Assembly (NCBI GenBank): GCA_963833985.1
Contig: CAWIAD010000001.1
Location: forward strand, 2,560,001 to 2,624,000
DNA: 64,000 bases
Source of the DNA: an uncultured Planctomycetaceae bacterium
GTDB taxonomy: Bacteria; Planctomycetota; Planctomycetia; Isosphaerales; Isosphaeraceae
Direction of reading: 5' to 3'
The notes under the pieces were generated by a model that searched no databases, was not told the DNA's origin, and saw only the letters and a program-made list of their open reading frames with translations. Positions 23,381 through 34,063 of the stretch are shown here, one piece after another (positions within the stretch are counted from its first letter, which is position 1; each line of letters begins with the position of its first letter). A program made the position numbers and the translations under genes.

Positions 23381-24314
23381 TCAGACATCCAGCGTCTTCA
23401 AGTAGGCGACGCTGCGCTCGGTGAGCTCCCAGCTTTGCTCCACGAAGTAGTTCTTCACGCCGCCGGTGCGGGCGGCCTGGAACGTCTTCACCCAGTCGAT
23501 CGAACCCTGACCGAGGGCCACCTGCGGGTGCCGCCGGGCGCGGCGGGCGGGCTGGCCGGGCTTCGTCGAGGCGCCCGCGGAGGGCGCCGGCGCCGCGGCG
23601 CTCATGTCCACGTCTTGCAGGTGCATCGAGAAGAAGCGGCCCGGGTACTTCAAGAAGTAGTCGGCCGCCACGAACCCGGCCGTGATGGTCGACATCTGAA
23701 ACTGGAACTTGACCAGGCGGGGATCGAGCAGCTCGAGCAGCAGGTCGTAGGTGCGCTTGCCGTCGACGGTGGAGATCTCGAAGCCCTCGTTGTGCAGTCC
23801 CTGCTGCATACCGGCCGCTGCCGCCACCTCGGCAATCTTGTTGTATTCCTGGGCCGCCTTCTTCACCTGGTCCAGCGTCGGGTTGCTGCCGCCGTTCCCA
23901 TCGGCCAGGGTCGCCGTGAGCATCTGCGTGATGCCCACGTCGTGCGCCCAGTCGATGCACTTCTGCTGGCTGCTGCGCAGCTCGCGCATCGTGAAATGCG
24001 AGCTTTCCGCCTTCATGCCATGGTCGGCCAGGATCCTTTTCACCTCTTTACCGTCCGCCAGCGATGCGAAGTCGTGGCCGTAGCCGATGGGCGAGCAGAG
24101 CTTCGAGCCGGCTCACGCCGATCGCGGCGATCTTCGTGACGAACGCGGGAAAGTCGCCGAGCATGGAGCGCAGGGGATATACCTGGCTGCCAATGGGCAG
24201 GCCCAGCGGGCTGGCTTGCAGCCTCTCCGCACCGGCTAGCCACGCCCCGACCGCGCCTGTACCGATCACGGCGCGATTCAGGAAGTGTCGTCTCGACATG
24301 GGATCCATGGTCAT
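23381..24314 (-). CDS. Tat-exported sugar phosphate isomerase/epimerase (xylose isomerase-like TIM barrel; frameshift near 24101)
   Basis: SRRHFL Tat signal and PIGSQVYPLR in the 5' ORF; the alternate frame LCSPIGYGHDFASLADGKEV runs into ORF 23381-24043 with GLHNEGFE, SMHLQD, LGQGSIDW, YFVEQ. Confidence 0.85.
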
Positions 24315-24326
24315 ACTCCTGTTCTT

Positions 24327-25913
24327 TCAGATTTCCCAGCCGGGGCGGTACTCGCGGGTCAGGTACTTGTTGGCTTCCGGGAGGTTCGTGATGTGGGCGG
24401 CGGTGGCGTCCCAGAGCAGCCGCCGGCCGCCGAGGCGGAGCGAGATGGACGCCAGGTTCATGGCGTCGCAGATGGGGCCGGCCAGCCGGAAATCGCCATA
24501 GCTCGGCGGGCCGCCCTGGAAGGCGGTGATCCACGCGGAGTTGCGCGCGGCCGCATTGCCGAACCCGCCGCCGGAGCGCCTGCGAGGGGTGGACTCGGGC
24601 AGGTGATTATCCTTGCGGTAGGCCTGCATCCGCGACTCGGGGATGAGCTGCGGGTCCTCGGCGTGGAAGCCGCCCAGGATCTTGCCGTGATCGCCCACGA
24701 AGAGCATGCCTTCCTCGTCCAGCTCATGGTTCCCCTCCATCAGCTCCTCGGGAACCGGGGGCTTGACGCCGCCGTCGTACCAGAAAATGTCGAGCGGGCC
24801 GCGGCCCTCCGCCGGGGCGAAACGCATGCGGATGGTGCAGGCGGCAGGGAAAGAATAGTCGTTCTGGATCCGCCGGCAGACGGTGCCGTCCACCGTGCAG
24901 ACGTGGCTGGGCGTTGATTCTACGCTCACGGGCGCTTCCAGCTTCAGGAGCTGGAACAGCGGCCAGAGGCTGTAATGACCCATGTCGGCAATGGAGCCGC
25001 CGCCGAACTCGTACCAGCCGCGGAAGTTCGTATGCGTGTAATCGGGATGATAGGGACGGTCGAGTGACGGGCCAAGCCAGAGCGTCCAGTCGAAGCCTTC
25101 AGGGACGGAGGGCCTATCGGTGGGGAGCGTGGGAAACTGGGGCCACATCGGCCGCATCGACCAGTTGTGGATCTCCCGGAGCATGCCGATCGCGCCGTTG
25201 TGGATCATGTCCACCGCCTGCTGCTGCCCCGCGCCTTGGCTGGCGGGGAGGAAGTGCGTGGCGAGCTTGCCGGCGCGGGCGGCGTCGATGACGGCCCGGG
25301 CCTCCCGCAGGCGGTTCGCCAACGGCTTGTGCACGATGACGTTCTTGCCTTGCTTGAGGGACGCGATCGCGATGGCGGCGTGGGTGTGGTCGGGCGTCAT
25401 CACCTTCACCGCGGTGACGTCCTTTTCCCGGTCCAGCAGCTCGCGGAAGTCGACATAGGTGGCACACCCTTTGAACTGCTCCTTGCCGCGCACCCTGGCG
25501 TAGTACGTCTCCACGATCTCCTTGCCGACGTCGCGGCCACCCGGCACGTGCGCTGACCCCTCACGCCAGTTCGGGTTGCCGATGAGCTTGCGGATGCCGT
25601 CGCGGAGCTGGTTCTTGCCCCATTCCAGGTAATGGGTGCCATCCTTCTCGACGTCGCAAACGGCAACGATCTGGACCTCGGGCCGGGCCAGGATGCCGCC
25701 GATCTCGCGGATGGCCTGGGTGCCGAACCCGATGCAAGCCAGGGTGATCTTCTCGCTGGGCGCCACGAACCCTGCGCCGCCGAGCACGTGCCGCGGCACG
25801 ATGGTGAACGTCGCCGCCGTCGCGGCCGCCCCGGCCCGCATCCACTGCCGGCGCGACAGCCGCGCGTCTGCTGCCTCGCCACTGGTCTCGGACCCTGACG
25901 TGTTGTGCTTCAT
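24327..25913 (-). CDS. Tat-exported Gfo/Idh/MocA family oxidoreductase
   Basis: SRRQWM signal, APSEKITLACIGFGTQ, MTPDHTH, HKPLAN, FRGWYEFGGGSIADMG, ANKYLTREYRPGWEI. Confidence 0.9.
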   Translation of the reverse strand: MKHNTSGSETSGEAADARLSRRQWMRAGAAATAATFTIVPRHVLGGAGFVAPSEKITLACIGFGTQAIREIGGILARPEVQIVAVCDVEKDGTHYLEWGKNQLRDGIRKLIGNPNWREGSAHVPGGRDVGKEIVETYYARVRGKEQFKGCATYVDFRELLDREKDVTAVKVMTPDHTHAAIAIASLKQGKNVIVHKPLANRLREARAVIDAARAGKLATHFLPASQGAGQQQAVDMIHNGAIGMLREIHNWSMRPMWPQFPTLPTDRPSVPEGFDWTLWLGPSLDRPYHPDYTHTNFRGWYEFGGGSIADMGHYSLWPLFQLLKLEAPVSVESTPSHVCTVDGTVCRRIQNDYSFPAACTIRMRFAPAEGRGPLDIFWYDGGVKPPVPEELMEGNHELDEEGMLFVGDHGKILGGFHAEDPQLIPESRMQAYRKDNHLPESTPRRRSGGGFGNAAARNSAWITAFQGGPPSYGDFRLAGPICDAMNLASISLRLGGRRLLWDATAAHITNLPEANKYLTREYRPGWEI

Positions 25914-26290
25914 GGGTGGCCTCGAACGATCTGGGAGGAAAAGCGCCGTGCGTCAAGCGAGCGCGGGAATGACAGCCCACTGATCAGTCGCCATGCTACT
26001 GCCGCCATCCGGCCACCGCCAGCGTGCGCTGGCGGCTTCGTGCCGCGGAGTGGATGCCACCGCGGCCGGAGAATCGTTCCGTGGCTGGCTTGCGGAGAGT
26101 GACCGGGTCTGCCATAACACAGTCGGTGGGTACGCTTCTGTTCACTCTGCCCGCCAGGCGCGAATGCCTGCACGGCGTGGCGTTTCGGGGAGGTGAATGG
26201 CCCGTTCGTGACGTGGCCCGGTGGCAGGTCTGTCCTTGCTGTAAACTCTTGCTATATTGGCACTTTTCGACTCGACTCCGCAGGTGCTGG

Positions 26291-27670
26291 ATGCTCGGCA
26301 AGCTCGTCATTCCTGAGATCCGCGAGCTCATCGAGCTGGGCGAAGACGCCACGCTGCGCGAGGTCGTCAATCACTGGCTGCCGGCAGAGCTTGGCCAGGT
26401 GGTCGCCGCTCTGAGCCCCGCGGAGCAGCTGCGGGTGATCCGGCTGCTGGAGCCGGAGCTCGCGGCCGCGACGTTCGAGTACCTGGACCTCGAGACGCAG
26501 CTCGTGGTGCTCGATTCGATCTCGGAAGGGGAGCGGGCGGTCATCCTCAACGCGATGTCGCCCGACGACCGCACCGCTCTCCTGGCCGAGCTGGCGCCCG
26601 AGGACTCGGAGAAGCTGATCGCGCTGCTGGCCCCGGACCAGCGGGCCATCGCGGTGCGACTGCTGAACTACGGCGAGAACAGTGTCGGCCGGCTCATGAC
26701 GCCCGACTTCGTCTCGGTGCGTAAGGAGTGGACGCTGCGCCATGTGCTCGACCACGTGCGCGCGCACGGCCGCGACAGCGAAACCCTCAATGTCATCTAC
26801 GTGGTCGATGCACAGAACCGGCTCATCGACGACCTGCGTATCCGCGAGATCCTGCTGGCTCCGTTGCACTCTCTGGTGGCGGACATCTGCGACAACCGCT
26901 TCGTCAGCCTGAACGTCACCGACGAGAAGAAGGAAGCCGTCAAGGTCTTCCGCGAATATGACCGTACGGTTTTGCCGGTGATGGACAGCCAGGGCCGGCT
27001 GGCCGGGATCGTCACGCTTGACGACGTGCTCGACGTGGCGGAAGAGGAAGCCACCCGCGAGATCCAGAGGTTCGGCGGGCTGGAAGCACTCGACGAGCCG
27101 TACATGAGCACGCCGCTCCTGGAGATGATCCGCAAGCGGGCTACCTGGCTGGTCATCCTGTTCGTGGGCGAAATGCTCACGGCCACCGCGATGGGCTTCT
27201 TCGAGCGCGAGATCTCGCGTGCGGTGGTACTGGCCCTGTTCGTGCCGCTGATCATCTCCAGCGGGGGGAACTCGGGCTCGCAGGCCGCCACGCTGATCAT
27301 CCGCGCCTGGCGCTGGGCGAGGTGAGGCTGCGCGACTGGTGGCTGGTGATGCGCCGGGAGATCTTCTCGGGGCTGGTGCTGGGGGTGATCCTGGGAGCAA
27401 TCGGCTTCTTGAGAATCGCGCTCTGGGAGCTCGTTCACGAACCTGTACGGCGAGCACTGGGTGCTGGTGGGGCTGACGGTCTCGTGCTCGCTGCTGGGCA
27501 TTGTGCTCTGGGGTACCATCACCGGCTCGATGCTGCCCTTCTTGCTGAAATCGATCGGGCTCGACCCGGCCACGTCCTCGGCGCCCTTCGTGGCCACCCT
27601 CGTCGACGTGACCGGACTGATCATCTACTTCAGCGTGGCCCTGGTGATCCTCCATGGTACCTTGCTCTAG
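26291..27670 (+). CDS. mgtE: Magnesium transporter MgtE (frameshifts near 27306 and 27427)
   Basis: MgtE_N and CBS domains ([15 protein letters not shown]), [40 protein letters not shown] spread over three frames. Confidence 0.93.
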
Positions 27671-28017
27671 CCGGGCGCGATGCTCTTTCCCTCGCATGCC
27701 ATAGCACTGAGACCCGAATTGCTGCATTTGCAGCATTTTCTTCTTGAGACCTCCTGCCGGGCGAGTTACGATGCGCTGCGGCAAGGGAGCAGAGGCCGGC
27801 CAGACCTGACCGGATGCAGGACGCATCGGTCGATGGCCGGTCAACCCGGGACGGGACGTACCTTTCCGGGGCGGGTCCAGGTAGTGGACCCTACAATGAG
27901 AACACGGGGCCACGGCGAGGAAACTGGCCGGCGGTTTGCAGGAGTGGGGAAGTCGCCCCGTTCGTCTCCGGCATGGAGGGGCCACGGCTTTCGGAGTTGG
28001 ACGTGAGGAGGCAGCCA

Positions 28018-29892
28018 ATGATGATCACGATCGGGCCTGGGTTGCCCGGAATTCTGCCGGCAGTGAGTATGGAGTTGCCGCAGCTTCGGCCCTGGATTGA
28101 ACAGATGGCCGAGCTCTGCCGTCCCGAGGAGGTCGTCTGGTGTGACGGCTCGCAGGCCGAGTACAACCAGCTTTGCGAGTTGTTGGTGCAAAAGGGCACA
28201 TTCCGGCGGCTGAATCCGGCGAAACGGCCGAACAGCTACCTGGCCTGGTCAGACCCGACCGACGTGGCACGCGTGGAGGACCGGACGTTCATTTGCAGCC
28301 GGCGCAAGGATGAGGCGGGCCCGACGAACAACTGGATCGATCCGATTCCCATGAAGCAGACCCTGCGCGAGCTGTTTGACGGCTGCATGCGCGGGCGGAC
28401 GATGTACGTGGTTCCCTTCAGCATGGGTCCGATCGGCTCACCGATCGCGCAGATTGGCGTCCAGGTGACCGATTCGGCGTACGTCGCAGTCTCGATGCGG
28501 ATCATGACGCGAATGGGCTCGGCAGTGCTCGACGCGCTGGGGGACGGCTTCTTCGTGCCCTGCGTGCACTCCGTGGGCATGCCGCTCCGCACCGGGCAGC
28601 AGGACGTGCCCTGGCCGTGCAATCCCAAGCAGAAATACATCGTGCATTTCCCCGAGGAGCGAGCCATCTGGTCGTTTGGCAGCGGCTACGGCGGCAATGC
28701 CCTTCTGGGAAAGAAGTGTTTCGCGCTGCGGATCGCCTCGTGCATGGCCCGCGACGAGGGCTGGCTGGCCGAGCACATGCTGATTCTCGGCGTGGAGTCG
28801 CCAGAGGGCGAGAAGACCTACGTCGCCGCGGCCTTCCCCAGTGCCTGCGGCAAGACGAACTTCGCCATGATGATTCCCCCGGACCATTTCAAGGGTTGGA
28901 AGGTCACCACGGTGGGCGACGACATCGCCTGGATCAAGATCGGCGAGCACGACCGGCTGTACGCAATCAATCCCGAGTACGGCTTCTTCGGCGTGGCGCC
29001 CGGGACCTCCTACCAGTCCAACCGCAACGCCATGGAGACGGTCACGCGCAACACCATCTTCACCAACGTGGCGCTCACGGAGGACGACGACGTCTGGTGG
29101 GAAGGGATGACTGAGACGCCGCCGGAGCGGCTGACGGACTGGACGGGCCAGCCCTGGACACCCGGATGCGGGCGCAAGGCCGCGCACCCCAACGCCCGCT
29201 TCACCGCGCCCCTGGCCCAGTGCCCGACGCTTGATCCGGAATGGGAGAACCCCAAGGGCGTTCCGATCAGCGGCTTCATCTTCGGCGGCCGGCGGTCCTC
29301 GATCGTGCCCCTGGTTTACCAGGCCTTCAGCTGGAGCCACGGCGTCTTCCTGGCTGCGTCGATGGGGTCGGAAACCACCGCGGCCGCCGCCGGTACCGTG
29401 GGCACCGTGCGCAGGGACCCCATGGCCATGCTTCCTTTCTGCGGCTACCACATGGCCGACTATTTCAATCACTGGCTGGACATCGGCCGCCTGCTCCCCA
29501 ACCCGCCCCGCGTGTTCCGCGTCAACTGGTTCCGCAAAGGTCCCGACGGGCGCTTCCTCTGGCCCGGCTTCGGCGAGAACATGCGCGTGCTGAAATGGAT
29601 CCTCGACCGCATCCACGGCCGCGGCTACGGCGTGGAAAGTCCGCTTGGCTGGATGCCCCGGCCCGAGGACTTCGACCTGGAAGGACTGAACGGCTTCACC
29701 ATGGAAGAGTTCTCGAAGCTCATGGCGGTGGACCGCGAGGCCTGGCTGCGCGAGGCCGTCTCCGTCGAGGAGCTGGAGTTCAACCTCTATGGAAGGCTGC
29801 CCAAGGAGTTCCTGCTGCACCGGGAGCTCTTGATCTCGCGGCTCTGGCACTCGCGCGGCTCGTGGACACTGAACGCAGACCTGCCGCACTGA
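28018..29892 (+). CDS. pckG: Phosphoenolpyruvate carboxykinase (GTP)
   Basis: [70 protein letters not shown]. Confidence 0.96.
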   Translation: MMITIGPGLPGILPAVSMELPQLRPWIEQMAELCRPEEVVWCDGSQAEYNQLCELLVQKGTFRRLNPAKRPNSYLAWSDPTDVARVEDRTFICSRRKDEAGPTNNWIDPIPMKQTLRELFDGCMRGRTMYVVPFSMGPIGSPIAQIGVQVTDSAYVAVSMRIMTRMGSAVLDALGDGFFVPCVHSVGMPLRTGQQDVPWPCNPKQKYIVHFPEERAIWSFGSGYGGNALLGKKCFALRIASCMARDEGWLAEHMLILGVESPEGEKTYVAAAFPSACGKTNFAMMIPPDHFKGWKVTTVGDDIAWIKIGEHDRLYAINPEYGFFGVAPGTSYQSNRNAMETVTRNTIFTNVALTEDDDVWWEGMTETPPERLTDWTGQPWTPGCGRKAAHPNARFTAPLAQCPTLDPEWENPKGVPISGFIFGGRRSSIVPLVYQAFSWSHGVFLAASMGSETTAAAAGTVGTVRRDPMAMLPFCGYHMADYFNHWLDIGRLLPNPPRVFRVNWFRKGPDGRFLWPGFGENMRVLKWILDRIHGRGYGVESPLGWMPRPEDFDLEGLNGFTMEEFSKLMAVDREAWLREAVSVEELEFNLYGRLPKEFLLHRELLISRLWHSRGSWTLNADLPH

Positions 29893-29979
29893 GGGTCCTC
29901 CCTAAACCGGCAAAGTAAACTGCAACGCAAGTAAATACTTAAGCATGTTCACTTGCCTGCCAACGACTGGATCCGCCGT

Positions 29980-31065
29980 CTAGCCCCGCCGGCGCGGGGT
30001 GTTCGGGAGCAGCCTGACGATGTCCTGGTATGTCTTCAGGGCAAGCTCGGTCTTCCCTTGCTTCTCGAGCTGCTGGGCCGTTCTCCAGAGACCCTCGGCT
30101 TCCGCCGCATCACGGTCCGCGGGGTCCTGGAGAGACGTCACCACGAGCTGATCCGGGCACCAGCCGATGAATCCCCGGGATGGCCCGGCGAGCACCTCCA
30201 CTTTCATCAACCGTTGAAAACCGTCGGATTCGGGCCGCTCGAGCTGGTCCAGGACCTTGACGGCCGTTCCGGAGGCAACCTGGACACGTTTGCCTTCCTT
30301 GTCGAGCTGCCTGGCCATCGCGAGGGCCTCCTGAAGGTGAGAGCCCGGTCTGGCCCGAAGCTCGTCCAGATCGTCGAACGACTTGAGCTCACTCATGAGA
30401 AAGCAGGGCAGGGAGCCATCCTGGTTCCTCAAGATGCCCTGACCCTTGGGTATGGCCAGGCGGTCGGGGGCAGGTGTGGCACCGGGGTTCGATGAGGGTG
30501 GAGGCGGTCTGATGGGCAACTGCGGATCCAGGACATGACGGGCAAACTCCTGTACGGCGGCAAGCTGCTCCGGCCCCAGCCGGAAAGGATCCGCACCGAT
30601 CGTCCCGTCGAGACTGCGAGCGGACGCCAGCCGGTGCGCGATGTCGTTCCCGCCGAGCTCGACGTCGATGGTCTCCTGGAGCAAGCCTCGCTCCGTCTGG
30701 CCCTCATACCGGACCGACCTGGTCTGCATGGGCTCGCCATCGAGCTTGATGGCGGCGGCGTGGTTCTGGTGGTATCGGGGCTTGGCACCGAGAGCGACGG
30801 CCTTGAAGTGGAGGCTGATCCGTCCCCGGGCACTGCCGGCCTGGACCTTACCACGCTGGACATGATCCAGTTGCAGCCGAATCGCCCCGAGGCCGAGCTG
30901 GCCCAGGGGGCCGAGATCGACGGCCAGGACCGTAAGATTCATGGTCCGGAAGTATTCCCTGGTGAGCTGCAAGGGGGCCGGCAACTCGTCGAAGCGCGGC
31001 GCCGGCTGCTGGCTGGCAGCCCAGATCGCACCATTAAGGAGGACCCATGCGAAGGCGGATGACAT
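29980..31065 (-). CDS. Hypothetical exported protein with SH3-like and C-terminal TPR-like segments
   Basis: Signal-like N-terminus, Pro-rich linker, GTAVKVLD...GFIGW, AEGLWRTAQQLEKQGKTELALKTYQDIV. A probable terminal frameshift would extend it to the TGA at 29949. Confidence 0.6.
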   Translation of the reverse strand: MSSAFAWVLLNGAIWAASQQPAPRFDELPAPLQLTREYFRTMNLTVLAVDLGPLGQLGLGAIRLQLDHVQRGKVQAGSARGRISLHFKAVALGAKPRYHQNHAAAIKLDGEPMQTRSVRYEGQTERGLLQETIDVELGGNDIAHRLASARSLDGTIGADPFRLGPEQLAAVQEFARHVLDPQLPIRPPPPSSNPGATPAPDRLAIPKGQGILRNQDGSLPCFLMSELKSFDDLDELRARPGSHLQEALAMARQLDKEGKRVQVASGTAVKVLDQLERPESDGFQRLMKVEVLAGPSRGFIGWCPDQLVVTSLQDPADRDAAEAEGLWRTAQQLEKQGKTELALKTYQDIVRLLPNTPRRRG

Positions 31066-31109
31066 CGCTTTGCTCCGTAAGGCTCGATGATCGTTACGTT
31101 CTGGGGACT

Positions 31110-33491
31110 TTAGGCACCGGTCGGCTGGACGGCCTTGGCTGACCGCCTGACGGCCAGCAGGTGCTGGCCCAGGGTCAGGCAGGCCGGGAGCAGGACCAGG
31201 TTGCCCACCGTGCTCCCGGCCGTGGCGATGGCCACCATCGTGCCGAAGTTCACGAACGGCTCGAACTCGCTGGCCCGCAGCGCCGTGAAGCCGACGGCAA
31301 CGGCCAGGCTGGAGAGGATCACGCCGGGGCCGGAGACCTTGTAGCTCTCGAACAGGCTCTGCAGGAACGCCCGCTTCTTGCGCTGGCGGTGGAACTGCAT
31401 CAGGCAGTGGAAGGTGTCGTCCACGGAGAGGCCCAGCGCCACGCTGGCGACCAGGGCCGTCGCCATATCCAGCTTGATGGCCAGCCAGCCCATGAGGCCG
31501 AGCACCAGGGCCACCGACAGCAGGGTCGGCATGATCGCCAGGACGGCCAGGCTGATGCTGCGGAAGGCCAGCGTGAGCATGATCAAGATCCCCAGGGCGG
31601 ACCAGAAGAACGTCGTCCACTGCGTGGCGATCACGCCCTCGGTGGTGCGAGTCATGAGGTACGACAGCCCGGTCAGGAACGCCGAGGGGCCGAAATCGGC
31701 CTGGGCACGGGCCTCGGCCTCGCGAAAGATGCGGGTCTTCGTCGGCGCGGGCTGCTGCTCGAGCATCCGCACGAGGATACGGGCCGCCCCGGTCTCGGAG
31801 TTCCAGAACGTCCGCAGAAGCTGGGCCTGTGGGGAAAGGTTGATCAGTTCCAGCTTGTTGCGGAGGATCCGCTCCTGGGCCTCGACCGGCAGCGCCGCAA
31901 GGCGCCCTTCGGGGTCAAGCACCGTGGCCAGCGAGAGAACCTGCGCGATGGAGCGTGGGTCTTCCAGCGGGATGGTCTTGATCTGCTGCTCCACGTGGGT
32001 GAGCCTGGAGACCGTGGCCGGCGTCACCTCATTGCCCACGGGCAGCACCACCTCGACAATGCCGATGCCTCCGAGCTTGGACTCCACCGTGCCGTAGTCG
32101 CGGACGACCCGGGTCGTGGGCCGGAAGAGGTTGATGTAGTTCGTCTCGTAGCGGAGACGGAGCATGCCCAGCGAGAGCGGCACGACCACAAGCGCCACGC
32201 CGCAGAGGATCAACCGCGGATGGCGGAAGACCCAGAAGGTGAGCCGGTTCATCCCGGCGCTGACGCGTGACTTCGAGCCCTCGCGGACGGGGATCTCCAT
32301 GGGGAAGGGAGGAATCATGGCGATCGGCGAGATGGCCATGACCAGGATGGCCGAGCACAGGGTGCAGATGCCCAGGATGGCGCCGAACTGCTGGACGGGT
32401 ATCAGATTGCTGGTGATCAGCGCGCCGTAGCCGATGGCGCCGGTGATGGCCGTCCAGACGATCGGTGCGGCCACGCTGCGCAGCGTGAGCCGGCCCGCCT
32501 GCGCGGGGTCGGCGTGCTTGCGGCGGTCATCGCGGAAGTGGATTGCCAGGTGGCTCGCCGCCGGCATCGTCAGCACGATGATCTGCGCCACCAGTGGACC
32601 GCCAGATAGCGACAGCTTGATATGAAACACATGCAGGATCGTTTCGGTCGCCAGCCAGATCGTCCAGCCGGCGACCATGGGGACGATCGCCCACCAGACG
32701 CTGTGCACGGCCGAGAGGGTCACCAGCGCGATCAGAACCATGCCCACCACCGCCAGCCGCCGGCCGTCGACCTCGATGGCCGCGAAGCCGTCGGCCAGGA
32801 GCACCGGCGGCCCCACCACGGCGGGACGCCCCAGACCATGGCGAGCGGCGAACGAGTCAGCCGCGGCGCGCAGCTTCTCGACCGTCCTGATCACGTTGTG
32901 CTGCTCGGTCTTCTTGAGTCGTACCACGACGGCCGTGGTCTTTCCCGTGTGGTCGATCAGCGTTCCCAGGAACAAGGGGTGCCGGATCAGCCGTTCCTGG
33001 ATCGCCGCACGCCCGGCCGCGTCGGCATTGCGGACCGCCCCTCCCACGGTGAGTGCGTTGGTCTTCAGATCGACGTTCTTGATCGTCCGCCGCGCCGTGT
33101 TCAAAGCCAGGTTCCGTGCCAGCGCCGGCAGCCGGTCCAGCGTGATCAGCACGTCGTCAATCGCCCAGACGAGCGGCATGGCGTCGAGCGACTCGACCCG
33201 CAGCACGCCGTCCAGCTTGTCGGGACTGACGGCCGCGGCCAGCTCGGCCACGCGCTCGAGCCCTTGCGGCGTGATCAGCTCCGGGTCGTCGTAGGCCAGG
33301 AACACAAAGTTGTCGTCTCCGAAGGAGCTGGCCGCCTTCTGGTACACGGCCATGTCCGGATCGTCCTCGGCGAAGAACGAGCCGATCGACTGCTCATAAC
33401 TGACCTTCTTGCCGAAGAGTACCAGCAGGACCAGGAGGGTCATGGTGGCCGCGGCCGTCAAGTAGCGGAAGCGCAGCAGGAACGAGATCAC
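31110..33491 (-). CDS. MMPL/RND family transporter
   Basis: Two repeats of TM-periplasmic domain-TM bundle; ASVALGLSVDDTFH, FG..AIAT...LVLLPA; GTG start at 33491. Confidence 0.88.
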   Translation of the reverse strand: MISFLLRFRYLTAAATMTLLVLLVLFGKKVSYEQSIGSFFAEDDPDMAVYQKAASSFGDDNFVFLAYDDPELITPQGLERVAELAAAVSPDKLDGVLRVESLDAMPLVWAIDDVLITLDRLPALARNLALNTARRTIKNVDLKTNALTVGGAVRNADAAGRAAIQERLIRHPLFLGTLIDHTGKTTAVVVRLKKTEQHNVIRTVEKLRAAADSFAARHGLGRPAVVGPPVLLADGFAAIEVDGRRLAVVGMVLIALVTLSAVHSVWWAIVPMVAGWTIWLATETILHVFHIKLSLSGGPLVAQIIVLTMPAASHLAIHFRDDRRKHADPAQAGRLTLRSVAAPIVWTAITGAIGYGALITSNLIPVQQFGAILGICTLCSAILVMAISPIAMIPPFPMEIPVREGSKSRVSAGMNRLTFWVFRHPRLILCGVALVVVPLSLGMLRLRYETNYINLFRPTTRVVRDYGTVESKLGGIGIVEVVLPVGNEVTPATVSRLTHVEQQIKTIPLEDPRSIAQVLSLATVLDPEGRLAALPVEAQERILRNKLELINLSPQAQLLRTFWNSETGAARILVRMLEQQPAPTKTRIFREAEARAQADFGPSAFLTGLSYLMTRTTEGVIATQWTTFFWSALGILIMLTLAFRSISLAVLAIMPTLLSVALVLGLMGWLAIKLDMATALVASVALGLSVDDTFHCLMQFHRQRKKRAFLQSLFESYKVSGPGVILSSLAVAVGFTALRASEFEPFVNFGTMVAIATAGSTVGNLVLLPACLTLGQHLLAVRRSAKAVQPTGA

Positions 33492-34063
33492 GGCAGGTTC
33501 GTGCCTCTGGGGTGGACCGGCAGGCCGGGCGAACGGGCACGCCGGAGACACTCAGCCTAACGCCCCGGCCCTCGTTCCGCAGCGCATTCTTGGAAAACCA
33601 ATCCCCCAGGCTCTCACTGCTCAAGAGCGATCGTCTTGAGCCGGAGCCTGCCCCGCTTGAGCTCGATGACCGCCTGTGGTGCGGCGGGGCACTGCGGGGC
33701 GCACAATGGATTACGCCGGCCAGGACACCACTTCGAGCACGAGCCTCCCGAACGCTGGCCTTCCGATCGTCGGTACCGCTGGTCCTGAGGCACTGCGTCG
33801 GCACGTGCATCGGAAACAGCTTCGCCGATGCGCAGGTGCCTGGTGAATAGTGTCGTGGAGACGAGGGTCTCGCTGCCGTGCTACCTCCGCCGGCCTCGCC
33901 ACCAGGTGATGCGGCGTCAGGGCAGACCGCGGCCAATCGCCGCGAGGGGCGTGCCTCGATACCATGGATCCTGGCCTTGAGCAGCATGGTCCCGGCATCA
34001 AGGCGCCCAGCACCGGCGCGAATTTCCGATACGCCCGACCCTGCCGGCAGAGGAGTCCGCGAC

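Noticed and set aside
25920..26290. M-box (Mg2+) riboswitch upstream of mgtE
   Set aside because: No recognisable ykoK consensus by eye; an Rfam scan would be needed to exclude it.
27720..27735. TGCTGCA-TT-TGCAGCA palindrome between mgtE and pckG
   Set aside because: Single occurrence with a 2-nt loop; cannot be assigned as operator or terminator.
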